This document shows positions 63,131 through 64,000 of a stretch of DNA of 64,000 nt, in pieces. A model generated the notes under the pieces. The model worked only from the letters and a program-made list of their open reading frames with translations. It made no database searches and had not been told where the DNA came from. Location of the stretch: NCBI GenBank assembly GCA_964106915.2, contig OZ066921.1; one strand, given 5' to 3'. Numbering within the stretch: the first letter of the stretch is position 1; every line of letters begins with the position of its first letter. This DNA comes from Podarcis gaigeae (taxonomy: Eukaryota). A program made the position numbers and the translations under genes.

Positions 63131-63781
63131 ACTTCACGCCCTCCCTCCTGAAGTGCCATGACAAAAGGCGTAAATCTTTTGGCATTGCCATTTCAGCAGT
63201 GGTGGTCGAGGAGCAAATGGAAAATCCTTCCCAGGAGTATCTTGCTCCCACACCAATCCAAGAAGAGAGCTGGTAAGAATCAAAGGAGGAGTGAGTACTT
63301 GAAGTTGGGGCATGGGGCAGGTTTAAAATGTGAATCCCTGCTTGAGAAGCAACTTCCATAGAATGCCTCTGTCAAAATGAGGCTGTTCAAAAGTCCCTTC
63401 CAGCGTTTAGTATTATGATAATGAGTTCCTGGTGCTGTCAGGGGACTTCATTTGCATCTCTTCCCCAACTGGGAAAACAGAGATTAAATACTGAAGCCAG
63501 CACTCCCCAGGACACCTTCACGTCATTTGCTCATCTCTGTAACCAAGGAAACCCTCTCCTACAGGCTGAATCTCCCTTGCTCTTCCAAAACTTTCTCTTA
63601 GTGCTGCACACTGGCTAAGGAGGTGATAACACCAAGCATCTCCCAGATCTATCAGAGAAAGTCTCATGCAGCTGAAAACACCCTTCTTTGTTTCCTGGGC
63701 AATGTGTGACATCTTAGCTCCAAAAAGGCACCCAGAGGACAGAAAAATCTCTTCTATCTCCAAATCCAAAATAGCTTACGC

Positions 63782-64000
63782 CATGGGTAGGCAAACTAAG
63801 GCCCAGGGGCCGGATCTGGCCCAATCGCCTTCTAAATCCGGCTCGCAGACGGTCCAGGAATCAGTGTTTTTACATGAGTAGAATGTGTCCTTTTATTTAT
63901 AATGCATCTCTGGGGTATTTGTGGGGCCTGCCTAGTGTTTTTACATGAGGAGAATGTGTGCTTTTATTTAAAATGCATCTCTGGGTTATTTGTGGGGCAT
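63782..64000 (+). mobile_element. hAT-Charlie (OC1-related) non-autonomous element, running off the window edge
   Basis: Charlie-type 5' end gggtaggcaaactaaggccc...ggccggatctggccc; internal 71-bp tandem duplication at 63864-63998; OC1 relationship from recall. Confidence 0.65.

Noticed and set aside
58400-64000. SLC9A1 exon 1 or promoter
   Set aside because: No NHE1 N-terminal sequence ending in the expected ...LMKIG context and no CpG island; exon 1 lies beyond the window.

Overview
Eukaryotic, intron- and repeat-rich DNA from a squamate reptile, most likely a lacertid lizard (inferred from the Sauria SINE, BovB and Squam3-like repeats). The only supportable gene is SLC9A1 (Na+/H+ exchanger NHE1) on the minus strand. 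Coding exons 2-12 lie at 56713 down to 36519, all with GT-AG junctions and consistent phases. A probable ~3.6 kb 3' UTR ends near AATAAA at 32931-32936; exon 1 is beyond the right edge. Positions 1-32.9 kb are non-coding: a transposon mosaic with a few repeat-free, motif-dense enhancer-like blocks. Nearly all other ORFs in the track are chance or repeat-derived. There is a 168-N assembly gap. I see no convincing wholly new gene system. The best leads are: a SINE flanked by a ~110-bp target duplication; a compensatory base-pair change in the hairpin shared by BovB and Sauria SINE; a sense solo LTR with a splice donor 1 kb upstream of exon 2; two candidate truncating micro-exons in intron 11; an inverted MITE pair around exon 3; and MITEs carrying phased NRF1 sites or telomere-like repeats. 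Repeat boundaries were read by eye and are approximate unless a TSD is given.
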